A stretch of DNA of 64,000 bases from an uncultured Candidatus Rokubacteria bacterium (GCA_963805625.1 CAWDVE010000019.1:416001-480000), one strand, 5' to 3'; counted from the stretch's first letter, positions 9,071 to 19,310 are shown. Numbers and translations: made by a program. Notes: a model not told the origin generated them from the sequence alone.

Positions 9071-10663
9071 TCAGCGGGGGCCCGACGTCCGGAGGTGGAG
9101 GATCTTGCCGATCGCCTCGGTCACGGGCGCTCGGCGCTCGATCTCCACCAAGCCGGCCTCCCGCCAGGTCGCGGCCATGGATCGATGGACCTCGGACCCC
9201 GACCCGAGCGCCACCAGGAAGGCCTCCCGCGCCAGCGCAGGATCGAAGGGTCCGACGGCGGGGTGGATGAGGAGTCGCACGCGCGGCCGCCCGTCCTGAA
9301 GCTCGTCCTCGACCAGCTGGTACTGGCCGGGCACGCCGCCGAATCGGGCCGGCAGGATCTCGTCGAGGATCCGGATCACGTCCACGTCCAGGAACGTCAT
9401 ACCGGTGCTGGTCAGCTTCTCGAAGCTCCGTACGTCGCGGAGGTGGCGGGTCCAGCCATGGGCCTCCATCGGGCAGCCGCACCGGCGACGTTCGAGCGTC
9501 GCGCCGTCGCCGAGCGAGACGTTGAGGAGGAGCAAAGGCGCCGTCCCGCGCAGCGAGGAGAGGAAAAGGGCGTTCGGTGGGAATCCTCGAGAGGGGCCAT
9601 CGGCTCCTGGCTGGACGATGACGTGGATGTCTTCCATGGCGTGGAGGTCATCGGGCGCGGCTGGGGCGACGCAGGCCTCGCCGACCTGGCCCATCTCGAT
9701 CCCACCGTAGTCCGGTCGCGCTTCCACCCCGGCCTTTTCGAGCACGGCCTGGCGCACGGCGGTGAGGGGCTCGCCGGTCAGCGTGAAGCGGGCACCCGCC
9801 AGATCGGCTCCGGAAGCGCTGGCGGCCTGGCAGAGCCCGATGGCCGCGCTGGCGTACGTCTTGAGGTGCGGGACGCCGCCCGCCCGGAGGGTGTCGGTCA
9901 TCCAGTCCACGATCGGCTCCGGACGATCGAGCGGCACGTGACGGGGTGCGGGCAGGGGGACGCCGGCCAGCCGGCTGCCCCACCGGAGGCCGCGCCAGCT
10001 CCAGCGGTAGCGGGCGGTCAGCTCCGGGTCGAGGGGGTCGGGCTGGGAGAACCAGTGCTCGGGCGGCGCCCCGGCGACCGCGAACCGGAGCACGATGACG
10101 AGCTCGGAGCCGCCTGGCGCTCCCCAGACCGCGTGGCACCAGCCGAGGGCGTCGCGGGCCTCCAGCACGAGCCGCCGGCTCATCGCGTGGTCGCGCACCC
10201 AGCCGAGGTCCAGCGGGACCACTGTCCGGGGCCCGCGGCTGCCGCTCGAGTGGCCGAGCACGTGGACGACCGCTCGGGGATTGACCAGGCGTCCGGGATC
10301 GACCGGAATCGTCCGCCCGCCTCTCACGAGCGGCTTGCGCCCCTTGAACTCCTCCACGGTCAGGTACACGCCCTGTCGCCAGAGCGTAGCGAGGGCGGCG
10401 TCGACGCCCTCGCTCCCGACCAGACGCTCGAGGTCGCCGGGCTCGCACCCGGCGTGCGCCAGGAGCGCGCGGTACGGGCTGGTCGGATTGGCCCAGACGA
10501 GATCGCGGGTGAGGCCGAGGAAGTCCGCCTCGCGGGTCGCCAGCCGCGCCCGCACCGTGGCCCGGGCCTCGGTGCCAGTGACCCGACGGCGGAGGAAGCC
10601 AGGCAGGCGGGGGAAGAAGCGGGCGGCCACGCGAAGGTCTTCGAGAACGTCTGGTCGCGGCAC
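9071..10663 (-). CDS. PaaK/CapK-like adenylate-forming enzyme (ANL superfamily)
   Basis: P-loop HSSGSRG, TGEPL, YGGIEMG, LGD, RSFEK, terminal GKILHL; start approximate (GTG). Confidence 0.7.
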   Translation of the reverse strand: MPRPDVLEDLRVAARFFPRLPGFLRRRVTGTEARATVRARLATREADFLGLTRDLVWANPTSPYRALLAHAGCEPGDLERLVGSEGVDAALATLWRQGVYLTVEEFKGRKPLVRGGRTIPVDPGRLVNPRAVVHVLGHSSGSRGPRTVVPLDLGWVRDHAMSRRLVLEARDALGWCHAVWGAPGGSELVIVLRFAVAGAPPEHWFSQPDPLDPELTARYRWSWRGLRWGSRLAGVPLPAPRHVPLDRPEPIVDWMTDTLRAGGVPHLKTYASAAIGLCQAASASGADLAGARFTLTGEPLTAVRQAVLEKAGVEARPDYGGIEMGQVGEACVAPAAPDDLHAMEDIHVIVQPGADGPSRGFPPNALFLSSLRGTAPLLLLNVSLGDGATLERRRCGCPMEAHGWTRHLRDVRSFEKLTSTGMTFLDVDVIRILDEILPARFGGVPGQYQLVEDELQDGRPRVRLLIHPAVGPFDPALAREAFLVALGSGSEVHRSMAATWREAGLVEIERRAPVTEAIGKILHLRTSGPR

Positions 10664-10725
10664 GGTCGCGACATTGTCCCCGGCGAGGCCCCGTGCCGCA
10701 ACCCGCTCGGGGCAGGCGACCGAGC

Positions 10726-11919
10726 CTAGGCGGCGCGGAGCGCCTCCGTCACGGGCAACCGGGCGGCCCGCACGGCCGGCAGGAGGCCGCCGGCCAGGCC
10801 GATGCAGAGCGCCCACACGAAGCCCTGCGCGAGGAGTTTCGGGGTCACGCGGAAGTCGAAGGCGACCTGCGAGAACGTGTTGAAGTTGAGGGTGGAGAGG
10901 GAGACTCCATCGCAGTAGACGTACGCGAGCGCTCCGCCGACCGCTCCACCCAGAAGCGCCAGAACGAGCGCCTCGATCATCACGGACACCACGACTGGCA
11001 GCGCCCCGAAGCCGATCGCCCGCAGGGTGGCGATCTCGACCTGGCGGCTGGCGATGGCCGAGTACATGCAGTTAAGAGCGCCGAACGCCGCGCCGATCGC
11101 CATGAATCCGGCAACCGTGTACCCGAGCACGTTGATCAGGGTCGACAGAACGGAGGCCTGCTTCGCGTAGTACTCGGGCTCCCGCAGCACCGCGATCGAG
11201 AAGCGCGGGTCGCCGCTGACGGAGTCCTTGAGAGCCCGCAGGCCTGCCGCCGAGCCGTCAGCGAGCCGGGCTGTGACCGACTGGTAGCCCTCGCGCCGGA
11301 ACGCCGACATGGTGACCTCGGCGTCGCTCCAGATCTCGGACTCGTGGACGTCGCCGCCGGTCGTGAAGAGCCCCACGACCGTCCAGTCACTATCTCGGAA
11401 TCCGATGCGGGCGCCGACGCCCAGTCCCGCGAACTCTCGCGCGGCCTTCCGGCCCACGATCACCTCCCGGAGGCCGCGCTGGAAGGGGCGCCCCTCCACG
11501 ATCCTGAGCTCGTCCCGGACGGTGAAGGCCGAGGGCTGGACGCCCCGGAAGGGCACGTTGTTGGGCTCGGTCTCCCCCTGTCGCGGGAGGTCGACCATCA
11601 CCACGAGCTCCGCCGACGCGAGCGGGCGTCCGGTGGCATCGCGGGCGACTCCGGGCAACGTGCTCAGCAGGGTGGCGACGTCGCGCGGCACGCCGCTCGA
11701 GAGCTCGGCGTCGGAGCCGGCGCGCAGGAGGATCACGCGGTCGGGGCGCCCGGTGCTCGCGAGGGTGTGGCGGAAGCCCTCCGACATCGCGAGAACCGAC
11801 ACCAGCACGCCGACGACGCCGGCGATCCCCACGACCACGACCAGCGAGGTCCCCAGGCGTGCCGGCAGCGTGCGCAGGTTGAGCAGGGTGATCTCGGCGA
11901 TCTGGTGGAGCGAGCGCAT
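10726..11919 (-). CDS. ABC exporter permease (MacB/FtsX-like)
   Basis: RQVEIATLRAIGF, LPAVRAARL, large periplasmic domain. Confidence 0.92.
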   Translation of the reverse strand: MRSLHQIAEITLLNLRTLPARLGTSLVVVVGIAGVVGVLVSVLAMSEGFRHTLASTGRPDRVILLRAGSDAELSSGVPRDVATLLSTLPGVARDATGRPLASAELVVMVDLPRQGETEPNNVPFRGVQPSAFTVRDELRIVEGRPFQRGLREVIVGRKAAREFAGLGVGARIGFRDSDWTVVGLFTTGGDVHESEIWSDAEVTMSAFRREGYQSVTARLADGSAAGLRALKDSVSGDPRFSIAVLREPEYYAKQASVLSTLINVLGYTVAGFMAIGAAFGALNCMYSAIASRQVEIATLRAIGFGALPVVVSVMIEALVLALLGGAVGGALAYVYCDGVSLSTLNFNTFSQVAFDFRVTPKLLAQGFVWALCIGLAGGLLPAVRAARLPVTEALRAA

Positions 11920-11928
11920 CGCGAGCGC

Positions 11929-13095
11929 TCAGCGGTGGCCGGCCAGGGCGTCCACGATCCGGAGCCGCTTCGCACGGAGCGCCGGTGGCAGCCCAATGGC
12001 GAGCGCCAGCGCCAGCACGATGCTCGCGCCAGTGAGCCAGGTCTCGGCCGTCACGTAGAGCGGAGGGAAGCGGGAACCGATGGCGCGGTTCAGCCCCGGC
12101 AGGACGCTGGTGGCGACCAGCATGCCCAGGCCGCCGGCCAGGGCGAGGAGCATGAGGGCCTCCGCCAGGACCAGCGCGGTGACCTTCCCGTCGGAGAAGC
12201 CCAGCGTCTTCATGATCGCCAGCTCCGGGATGCGCTCGCGGACGGACTGCGCCATGGTGTTGCCGGTCATGATCAGGATGGTGAAGAAGACGGCGGCCAG
12301 GATGCGGGTGACCAGCGCCCCCAGGTCGCCGATCTGCTTGGCGAAGCCGATGGCGAATTCCTTCTCCGGCTGGGTCTTGGTCTCGTCGGGCGAATTCTGG
12401 AAACGCCCGTCGATCGCGGCCGAGATGGCGCGGGCCCGGGTCGAGTCGTCGATGCGAACGATGTACCAGCCCGTCTTGCCCTTGCCGCGGAGCCGCGCCT
12501 CGTCGAAGTGCGCGAAGTTGACCAGGACGACGTCGGTGTTGGCGAGGGTCGCGGGGTCATCGGCGTCGAGAGTGCCGACCAGATCGAACTCCCAATTGAG
12601 GCTGCCCTCCGTGTTGGCGTGGATTTCCGAGCTGATCGGGAGCTTCTGGCCGACCTTCCAGCCGTACCGCTTGACCAGGCGCACGCCCGCGACCGCGCCG
12701 GTGCGCGTCCGGCTGAAGGCCTCGCGTCGATCGACCGCGATCTTGAACTCCGGGTACATCGCCAGGTAGCGCTCGGGATCCACGGCGAATACCGGAAAGG
12801 CGTTGCTCTCGTTCTGGTACTTGGCGCCGAACCACTCGGCATGGGCCACCCGGACCACGCCTGGCACCTGCTCGATCTGGCGGAGGTGCGAGATGGGCAG
12901 GAGCTCGATGATGGAGTAGCGGGCGGTGGTCAGCAGGCGCTTGGCATCGGCGCTGTCGGCGCCCGACTGGAATGCGGCGGTGACCGCCTGCAGCAGGCCG
13001 AAGAGCACGAACGCGACGAACACCGAGAGCAGAGTGAGCACGGTGCGCGTCTTCTTGCGGAACAGCCCGGCCCAGAGGAGCGGCAGGTAGCGCAC
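11929..13095 (-). CDS. ABC exporter permease (MacB/FtsX-like)
   Basis: RKKTRTVLT, VRERIPELAIMKTLGF. Confidence 0.92.
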   Translation of the reverse strand: MRYLPLLWAGLFRKKTRTVLTLLSVFVAFVLFGLLQAVTAAFQSGADSADAKRLLTTARYSIIELLPISHLRQIEQVPGVVRVAHAEWFGAKYQNESNAFPVFAVDPERYLAMYPEFKIAVDRREAFSRTRTGAVAGVRLVKRYGWKVGQKLPISSEIHANTEGSLNWEFDLVGTLDADDPATLANTDVVLVNFAHFDEARLRGKGKTGWYIVRIDDSTRARAISAAIDGRFQNSPDETKTQPEKEFAIGFAKQIGDLGALVTRILAAVFFTILIMTGNTMAQSVRERIPELAIMKTLGFSDGKVTALVLAEALMLLALAGGLGMLVATSVLPGLNRAIGSRFPPLYVTAETWLTGASIVLALALAIGLPPALRAKRLRIVDALAGHR

Positions 13096-13166
13096 GGCTC
13101 AGCGCGGGCGCGTCACGCGCCGGCAGCACGCCCGTGCGGCCCGCCGCCCTGTCCGGTAGCCCGGCT

Positions 13167-13853
13167 TCACGGCTGACCGTTCCCGTTGGCCAGCGTGCCC
13201 TTGTCGAGCAAGAGCCGGCGGCGCGCGTACTCGGCAGCTTTGGGATCGTGCGTGACCATTACCACCGTCTTGCCGTGCTCGCGGTTGAGCATCTGCAGCA
13301 GGGTCAGGATCTCGGCGGCGGTTGCGCGGTCGAGGTCACCGGTCGGCTCGTCGCAGATGAGGAGCGTCGGATCGGACACGATGGCCCGGGCGATCGCGAC
13401 GCGCTGCTCCTGGCCGCCCGAGAGCTCCCTAGGCTTGTGCCGGGCGCGGTCCCCGAGCCCGACGAGGGTCAGCGCGATGTTCGCGCGCCGGCGCCGCTCC
13501 GCCGCCGACAGGCTGGTCAGCAGGAGCGGGAGCTCCACGTTCCGCTGGGCCGAGAGCACCGGCATGAGATTGTAGAACTGGAAGACGAAGCCCACGTGGG
13601 TGGCCCGCCACCGTGCGAGCTCGCGGCTCGAGAGCTGGTCGATGCGCTGCCCACCGATGACGATCTGGCCCCCGGTGGGCGTGTCCAGGCCGCCGATGAG
13701 ATTGAGCAAGGTCGTCTTACCGGAGCCCGAGGGCCCCATCAGGGCGAGGAAGTCACCCTGCGGGATATCGAGGTCGACGCCGTGGAGGACCTCGATCCGC
13801 TCGCTTCCGCGCCGGTACGCCTTCGTGACGCCGCGGATTTCGACCAAGCTCAT
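13167..13853 (-). CDS. ABC exporter ATPase (LolD/MacB-type)
   Basis: [37 protein letters not shown]. Confidence 0.96.
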   Translation of the reverse strand: MSLVEIRGVTKAYRRGSERIEVLHGVDLDIPQGDFLALMGPSGSGKTTLLNLIGGLDTPTGGQIVIGGQRIDQLSSRELARWRATHVGFVFQFYNLMPVLSAQRNVELPLLLTSLSAAERRRRANIALTLVGLGDRARHKPRELSGGQEQRVAIARAIVSDPTLLICDEPTGDLDRATAAEILTLLQMLNREHGKTVVMVTHDPKAAEYARRRLLLDKGTLANGNGQP

Positions 13854-13898
13854 TGGCAGAACCGGTGGGAGGCCGTGGGATCCCGAACGGCCTGGCGG

Positions 13899-15374
13899 CT
13901 ATCCGCCCTCGGCCAGCTTGACCGGGGCGCCGTCTCGGAGCGCATCCGGCGGCGACAGCACCACGCGCTCGCCGGCCCGGAGTCCGCTCAGCACCTGGCG
14001 TTCGTCGCCCAGGCTCTGGCCGAGGGTGACGCGTCGACGCTCCACCTTGCCCTCGGCATACACGAAGACCAGGGCCTGGGCGCCATCCGGCCGTACCGCC
14101 GCCGCCGGCACCAGGACCCCGCCCCGTGGCGGTTCCGCGCCGGCCTGCGCGGGCGCCTGCGGGTTGAGGAACGCCACGCGCACGCCCATGTCCGGCACGA
14201 TGCGGGGGTCCTTCTGCTTGAGCGCGATCCGCACCTTCACGGTGGCCTTGCTGCGATCGGCCGTGGGGATGATGGCGATCACCTCGGCCGGAATCTTCGA
14301 GTCCGGATAGGCGTTCAGCGTCGCTTCGACCGGTTGCCCCGGCTTGACGCGGTTGATGAACGCCTCGTTCACGTCCACCTGGATCTCGAGCGACTCCATG
14401 TCCACGATGGTGCCGATGCCGGTCCGGGTGAAGCCGCCGCCGGCTGAGATCGGCGAGATCATCTCGCCCGGCTGGGCCGCCTTGGCGACGACCATTCCGG
14501 TGAAGGGGGCGCGCACGACTGTGTTGGCCACCTGCACTTCCGCGACCGCGACCCCTTCCTGGGCGACCCGGATCGCCTCACCGGCGGCCGCCAGCTTGGC
14601 CCGCAGCATGTCGCGCTGGGCCCGCGCGGTCTCAACGGCCTGGGCGGTGTTCACCTCGGCCACCGCGACCGATTCCTGGGCCACCCGGACCTGCTCCGTG
14701 CCCGCGGCCAGCCGGGCGCGCAGCGCGTCGCGCTGGGCCCGCGCGGCGTCCAGGGCCTGCGCGGCGATCAGTTGCCGCTCGAAGAGCTCGCGCTGGCGCT
14801 CGTGCTCCCGCTCGGCCTGCTCGATCTGGGCGCGGATCTCGGCCACCTGGGCCCGGGCGGCGGCCAGCTGCGCCCGCGTGGTCGCGAGCGGCGCCTGTCG
14901 CTCGAAGAGCTCGCGCTGCCGGTCGTGGTCCCGCTCGGCCTGGTCCAGCTGGGCGCGGATCTCGGCGACCTGCGAGCGGGCGGCGGCCAGCTGCGCTCGC
15001 GCGAGCGCGAGCTGCGCCTTGGCCTCGGTGTCGTCGAGCCGGGCCAGTACCGTGCCCTCCTCGACGCGCATGCCCTCCTCGATCAGCACCTCGGTCACCT
15101 TGCCCGTGATCTTGGCCGAGACGGTGGCCTGGCGTCTTGCGGTGACGTAGCCGCTAGCGTCCAGCACCGAACCGCCGTCCGCTGCCTGGGTGGCCGGGCG
15201 CGCCGCCGCCGTGCGCACGGTGGGAGGGGCGGCCCGCGCCAGGACGAGCCAGAGCACGCCGCCAGCGACCGCCAGCAGCACCGCGCCGGCCAGCAGGAGC
15301 AGGCTGACGCGCGAGCGCGGGGCAGGCGTATCGCGGTCTATGCGCAGCTGCTTGAGCAATTCCGACCTGTCCAT
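13899..15374 (-). CDS. Efflux periplasmic adaptor (MacA/HlyD-like) with a duplicated helical hairpin
   Basis: ASGYVTARRQATVSAKITG, RAPFTG, IPTADRSKATV; internal 41-aa and 39-aa repeats. Confidence 0.92.
   Translation of the reverse strand: MDRSELLKQLRIDRDTPAPRSRVSLLLLAGAVLLAVAGGVLWLVLARAAPPTVRTAAARPATQAADGGSVLDASGYVTARRQATVSAKITGKVTEVLIEEGMRVEEGTVLARLDDTEAKAQLALARAQLAAARSQVAEIRAQLDQAERDHDRQRELFERQAPLATTRAQLAAARAQVAEIRAQIEQAEREHERQRELFERQLIAAQALDAARAQRDALRARLAAGTEQVRVAQESVAVAEVNTAQAVETARAQRDMLRAKLAAAGEAIRVAQEGVAVAEVQVANTVVRAPFTGMVVAKAAQPGEMISPISAGGGFTRTGIGTIVDMESLEIQVDVNEAFINRVKPGQPVEATLNAYPDSKIPAEVIAIIPTADRSKATVKVRIALKQKDPRIVPDMGVRVAFLNPQAPAQAGAEPPRGGVLVPAAAVRPDGAQALVFVYAEGKVERRRVTLGQSLGDERQVLSGLRAGERVVLSPPDALRDGAPVKLAEGG
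14535..14999 (-). repeat. Two in-frame tandem duplications (123-nt and 117-nt periods) in the adaptor hairpin
   Basis: 14772-14876 resembles 14895-14999; repeats starting at 14535 and 14652 also match each other. Confidence 0.9.
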
Positions 15375-15591
15375 GAATTTCGCTGGGCGCTGTGGCGTCC
15401 GGGGAAGGACTCTTTCAGTGTGCCACAGGCGGCCGAGAGACCCCATCTGCACCGCAGGTGGACCCGGTCCCGATCGGGCCGGACCCATGAGCGCCGGCGA
15501 GCGAGCTGGCCCCGGCTTCAATCCGATACCGAGCCGGCGCCGATGCGGAGCCGGGCGTTCGCGGAGCGTGCGGGAGACGCCGACCCGCGTC

Positions 15592-16455
15592 CTACTCGGG
15601 GAGCCCCTGGAGTGCGTACATGAGGACCAGGGCCGGCGTCGGCTTGCCGAGGGCGCCAAACCACTTCGAGTAGACCGCGCCGATCGCTCCGGAGCGGTAG
15701 AGGCGCGCCAGGGTGCGATTGGCGACGAGACGGAACGCCGAGTCGTCGCGCCGCACCATGAAGCCGTAGGGCTCGTAGGACAGGTCGTCGGAGACGAGCG
15801 CATAGCGGGCCGTCCCGCGGGCCTGGAGCACCAGGCCGACGAGGATGGTCCGGTCGGAGGCGTACGCCTCGATCTTGGACGTCTGGAGCGCCGCGAGGCC
15901 CTCGTCGTGATCCTTCACGGATACGATCGTCGCCGGGATGGACTGGGCGCGCAAGAAGTCGCCGACCGCCTTCTCCGTCGTCGTGCCCGGGGCGACGCCG
16001 ATGCGCTTCCCGGCGAGGTCGCCGACCGTGCGGATGCCGGACCCTTCGGCGATCAGCAAGCTTGCGCCGTCCACGAACGTCATGAGTGTGAAGTCGACCT
16101 TCTCCTGCCGGGAAAGCGACGCGGTCGTGGTGCCACACTCGATGTCGACCGTGCCGTTGGCCACCGCGTCCACGCGGTTCTCTGGAGTGACGGGGACCCA
16201 GCGCACCGCCAGGTTCGCGAGCTTGAGCTCCTGCTGGACGGCGGCGGCGATCTCCTGGCAGAGGTCGATCGAGTAGCCGGCAGGCTTGCCGTCGGAGCCG
16301 GTGTAGGAGAAGGGGAGGGCATTCTCGCGAAAGCCGACCGTCAGGGTGCCGCTGTCGCGGATCTTCTTCAGCGTGCCCGTGAGCGTCTGGGCATGAACGG
16401 TCGTAGCCCCGAGGGCCGTCATCATCACCAGAGCGATCATCGCGCGTCGCCGCAT
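15592..16455 (-). CDS. Polar amino acid ABC substrate-binding protein (GltI-like), orphan
   Basis: TLKKIRDSG, PFSY, GYSIDLC, DIECGTTT..R, EPYGFM. Confidence 0.9.
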   Translation of the reverse strand: MRRRAMIALVMMTALGATTVHAQTLTGTLKKIRDSGTLTVGFRENALPFSYTGSDGKPAGYSIDLCQEIAAAVQQELKLANLAVRWVPVTPENRVDAVANGTVDIECGTTTASLSRQEKVDFTLMTFVDGASLLIAEGSGIRTVGDLAGKRIGVAPGTTTEKAVGDFLRAQSIPATIVSVKDHDEGLAALQTSKIEAYASDRTILVGLVLQARGTARYALVSDDLSYEPYGFMVRRDDSAFRLVANRTLARLYRSGAIGAVYSKWFGALGKPTPALVLMYALQGLPE

Positions 16456-16580
16456 TGGAGCCTCCCAGGTTGGATCGATCGGAGTCGTCCTTGGCACCCG
16501 TAGTCTATCGGCCGGCCCGGATGCCGTCAAACGCGCCACGATGATGGGGACCTGGGGACCTACCAGGGCGCGACGGCCGG

Positions 16581-16946
16581 TCAGTCCACCACGCGGAGGC
16601 CGGTCACGAAGTAGCTCGTCTCGCCGAAGCAGGTCGTCGGCAGACCCCGGTGCTCGCGGTAGTGCAGCACCACGCGCTTGCCCAGCGCGGCGTTTATCTG
16701 GGGCGAGAGGCTCGTGTCCCTCACGCTGAAGTACCAAATGACCGGCGTGACGCCCGGAACGATCGAGATGGCGAGCTCGCCCTCGTAGGTCTTGCAGAGC
16801 CAGCCCTTGCTCGAGAACTTCTGGAGGATCCCGGCCCGCTCGCCCTCGGAGTAGGGCCAGGACAGGACTACCCAGAGATAGAGCCCGGACACCAGTAGCG
16901 CGACCAGCAGGAGGACACCGAGGAGTGAAGACACCCGGCTTTTCAT
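16581..16946 (-). CDS. Conserved membrane-anchored hypothetical protein
   Basis: N-terminal TM; YSEGERAG..QKFS.KGWLCKTYEGEL; GETSYFV. Confidence 0.8.
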   Translation of the reverse strand: MKSRVSSLLGVLLLVALLVSGLYLWVVLSWPYSEGERAGILQKFSSKGWLCKTYEGELAISIVPGVTPVIWYFSVRDTSLSPQINAALGKRVVLHYREHRGLPTTCFGETSYFVTGLRVVD

Positions 16947-17056
16947 GGTTCCCGCTGCTCCACCTGCCTACCCTACACTTTGAGGAGTCTGAAGGACCAC
17001 AGGGTGCGAGCCGCAGTGTGTCGACGGGCTGGTGCGCGCCTTCCCGCTCGGCTGGG

Positions 17057-17887
17057 TCAGCGATGTATGGCGCTGATGTTTACCTGTCCCGAATCCTGAA
17101 GAAAGGTCTCGATGGTGGCAAGCGATGTAACGTAAGTCTCGCCGGGGACCGGGACGTCGATGTACTGGAGCATTGGCTTTTCGCCGAAAGGGACTCGTGC
17201 CGTACCGTAACCTTCGATCAACCCGACGAGTCGCCCGGTGACCGCTTCGAACACACCCCCGCCGCTCATCCCGTAGGCCACGGAAGCATCGACCACCAGC
17301 GATGAACCTGCTAGGAGATTGCCATGCTCGTCGAGATTCACTTCGCTGACGATGCCGCTGATGAGGCGGATCTGGCGGCCCCACGGGAACCCCACGATCC
17401 AGATCCGGTCTCCGAGGGCCGGCGGGCGACCGAGCGGAGTTGGCAGACAGCGTGGCGCACGCACACGTAGGAGAGCGAGGTCGACTTGCGCGCTCTCCTT
17501 GCGCGCGACGAGGTGCGCTCGTACCTTCGTGGCGGCCCCCTGGTGGCGATCGAACAGGACGTACGCCTCGTTCTCATCGCCCGCCTTCACGCCAGCGAAC
17601 GTGTGGCCGCTCGAGAGGACCAGGCACTCGGACCCCGTCCCGTCCGGCGTGGCCACGATGACGACGCCCGAGCCGGTCCGGAATCGGTCGCCGTTTCGCT
17701 CGAGCACCACCTGGACCGACGATGCAAGGACGTGCTGTATCACGTCCTTGTCCAGGTGTCTCGCTGGCGGCTCGCCATTCGACGAGCCGGTGGTCGGGGA
17801 GCTTGCTGGTCGGCCGGCGACACAACTCGCGGCGAGAGGCAGGATGGTCACCCAGATTGCCGCGGCACGGACGAACCCTCCCGGCAT
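17057..17887 (-). CDS. Trypsin-like (S1) serine protease, probable lipoprotein
   Basis: Triad SSGH / DLALL / GMSGG; lipobox-like AASC; GGAGG RBS. Confidence 0.85.
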   Translation of the reverse strand: MPGGFVRAAAIWVTILPLAASCVAGRPASSPTTGSSNGEPPARHLDKDVIQHVLASSVQVVLERNGDRFRTGSGVVIVATPDGTGSECLVLSSGHTFAGVKAGDENEAYVLFDRHQGAATKVRAHLVARKESAQVDLALLRVRAPRCLPTPLGRPPALGDRIWIVGFPWGRQIRLISGIVSEVNLDEHGNLLAGSSLVVDASVAYGMSGGGVFEAVTGRLVGLIEGYGTARVPFGEKPMLQYIDVPVPGETYVTSLATIETFLQDSGQVNISAIHR

Positions 17888-18035
17888 GTCACCTCCTGGA
17901 TTCCGACTTCTCAAGATCCTAGCGCGGCTTGGCCATGGCCTCCAGTGTCCTTCCGAGCCGCGCCGGGCGACGGGCACGCCCGGAGCACCCAGGTTGGATC
18001 GACCGGGCCGCTCCCCGGGCACCACTCGGCCTGGA

Positions 18036-18051
18036 TGGCACGATGCTTGCC
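18036..18051 (+). promoter_or_regulatory. Sigma-54 -24/-12 promoter of the OmpA-family gene
   Basis: TGGCAC-GATGC-TTGC matches the consensus, ~90 bp upstream of the start. Confidence 0.8.
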
Positions 18052-18138
18052 ACAGGGTATCCGGGATGGTTTGCCCAGTCGCCCAGCCAAGACGGGTAGC
18101 GATCAACCCTGCCGCAGGTTCTCTTATGGTTAGGAGGG

Positions 18139-18894
18139 ATGCCCATGACTCCCTGGTTCTTCCTGCTGGCTGCTGTCCTGGCGCTCGCATCGCTGCCCGG
18201 GTGCGCGACGCGTGAGTTCGTCCGGAAGGAGCTTGCCAGCAGCGCGGGCGCGCTCGGGCCGATCGTCGATCGGCTCGCCAGCGACCTCCAAGAGCACCGC
18301 ACGGCGGCGCGGGAGTTCGCGGTCCAGGCGGCGGAGGTACATCGGCTCCAAGAGGAGACGACGCGCGCCGCGATCGAGGCGCTCGGCGTGGCGGACATGG
18401 CGGCCGGCAGGGCGGCCGACGCGGTCGACCACGCTACTATTGCCCTGGCGCGCGCGGACGAGGCCGGTACCGTGGCCGAGCAGGCTTTGACCGAGGCTGA
18501 GGAGACCGCTCGGCGACTGACGCGGCTCTGGCGCGGCCGCGCGAAACTGTCGGTTCGCGAAGCGGTCGTGCTCCGATTCGGTGTGGACGCCTGGGTTCTG
18601 GACGGTCAGGCGCGCGCGGCGGTGCTCGACATCGCGCAGCGGCTTCGCGAGAATCCGACTCTCATCGTCGAGCTGGAGGGTTATACCGACAGTGCCGGCG
18701 CGCCGCCGTACAATCTCCGTCTCAGCCAGCTTCGGGCCGAGGCGGTTGGTCGCTTTCTGGCAGAACTGGGCGTCGAAACGCATCGTTTCCAGACGATCGG
18801 CTTGGGAACTGCCCGCCCAGTCGCCGATAACGGGACCGCGGAAGGTCGACGCCAAAACCGTCGAGTCGTTCTCAGGCTTCTCGACCCATCCTGA
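18139..18894 (+). CDS. OmpA/Pal-family lipoprotein with N-terminal coiled coil
   Basis: Lipobox LPGC; LEGYTD..G...YNLRLSQLRA; NRRV; AGGAGG RBS. Confidence 0.9.
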   Translation: MPMTPWFFLLAAVLALASLPGCATREFVRKELASSAGALGPIVDRLASDLQEHRTAAREFAVQAAEVHRLQEETTRAAIEALGVADMAAGRAADAVDHATIALARADEAGTVAEQALTEAEETARRLTRLWRGRAKLSVREAVVLRFGVDAWVLDGQARAAVLDIAQRLRENPTLIVELEGYTDSAGAPPYNLRLSQLRAEAVGRFLAELGVETHRFQTIGLGTARPVADNGTAEGRRQNRRVVLRLLDPS

Positions 18895-18900
18895 CCTAGC

Positions 18901-18929
18901 CGCCCGGCGCCGGAGTCGGGCGCCGGGCG
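18901..18929. terminator. Hairpin between convergent genes
   Basis: 11-bp stem CGCCCGGCGCC/GGCGCCGGGCG. Confidence 0.6.
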
Positions 18930-18947
18930 GGCTTTGAGAGGTCCGTA

Positions 18948-19244
18948 CTACTTCGTGACCTCCAGGTTGGTGAGGATCTTCTGGCCGTCCCGCTCTTCGT
19001 AAGCGGCCTTCACTGCGGCACCGGGCTTGAGGTCGGCCCGGCTGAACTTGGCCGACTCCGGGATCGTCAGCTTCGTGCCATCATCGAGGGTCAGGCTCTT
19101 TCCCGTCGGGTCGACAGTCATGACCTTGCCTTCGATGGTCTTGGCTGCCGCGGCTGGAGCCTGGGTCTGCGCCATCACAGCGGGCGCGATCACGAGGGCG
19201 CCCAGGACAGCAATCGCCGTTAGGGTTGCGAACAATGCTTTCAT
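18948..19244 (-). CDS. Small secreted OB-fold-like protein (DUF1344-like)
   Basis: Signal peptide; EGKVMTVD...LTLDDG....LKPGAAV..YE; AGGAGG RBS. Confidence 0.8.
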   Translation of the reverse strand: MKALFATLTAIAVLGALVIAPAVMAQTQAPAAAAKTIEGKVMTVDPTGKSLTLDDGTKLTIPESAKFSRADLKPGAAVKAAYEERDGQKILTNLEVTK

Positions 19245-19310
19245 ACGTCGACCTCCTGCTGGTGTGGTTGTGACGACCGGACACTGCCGACCGTCCACCC
19301 TCGTACCGAG

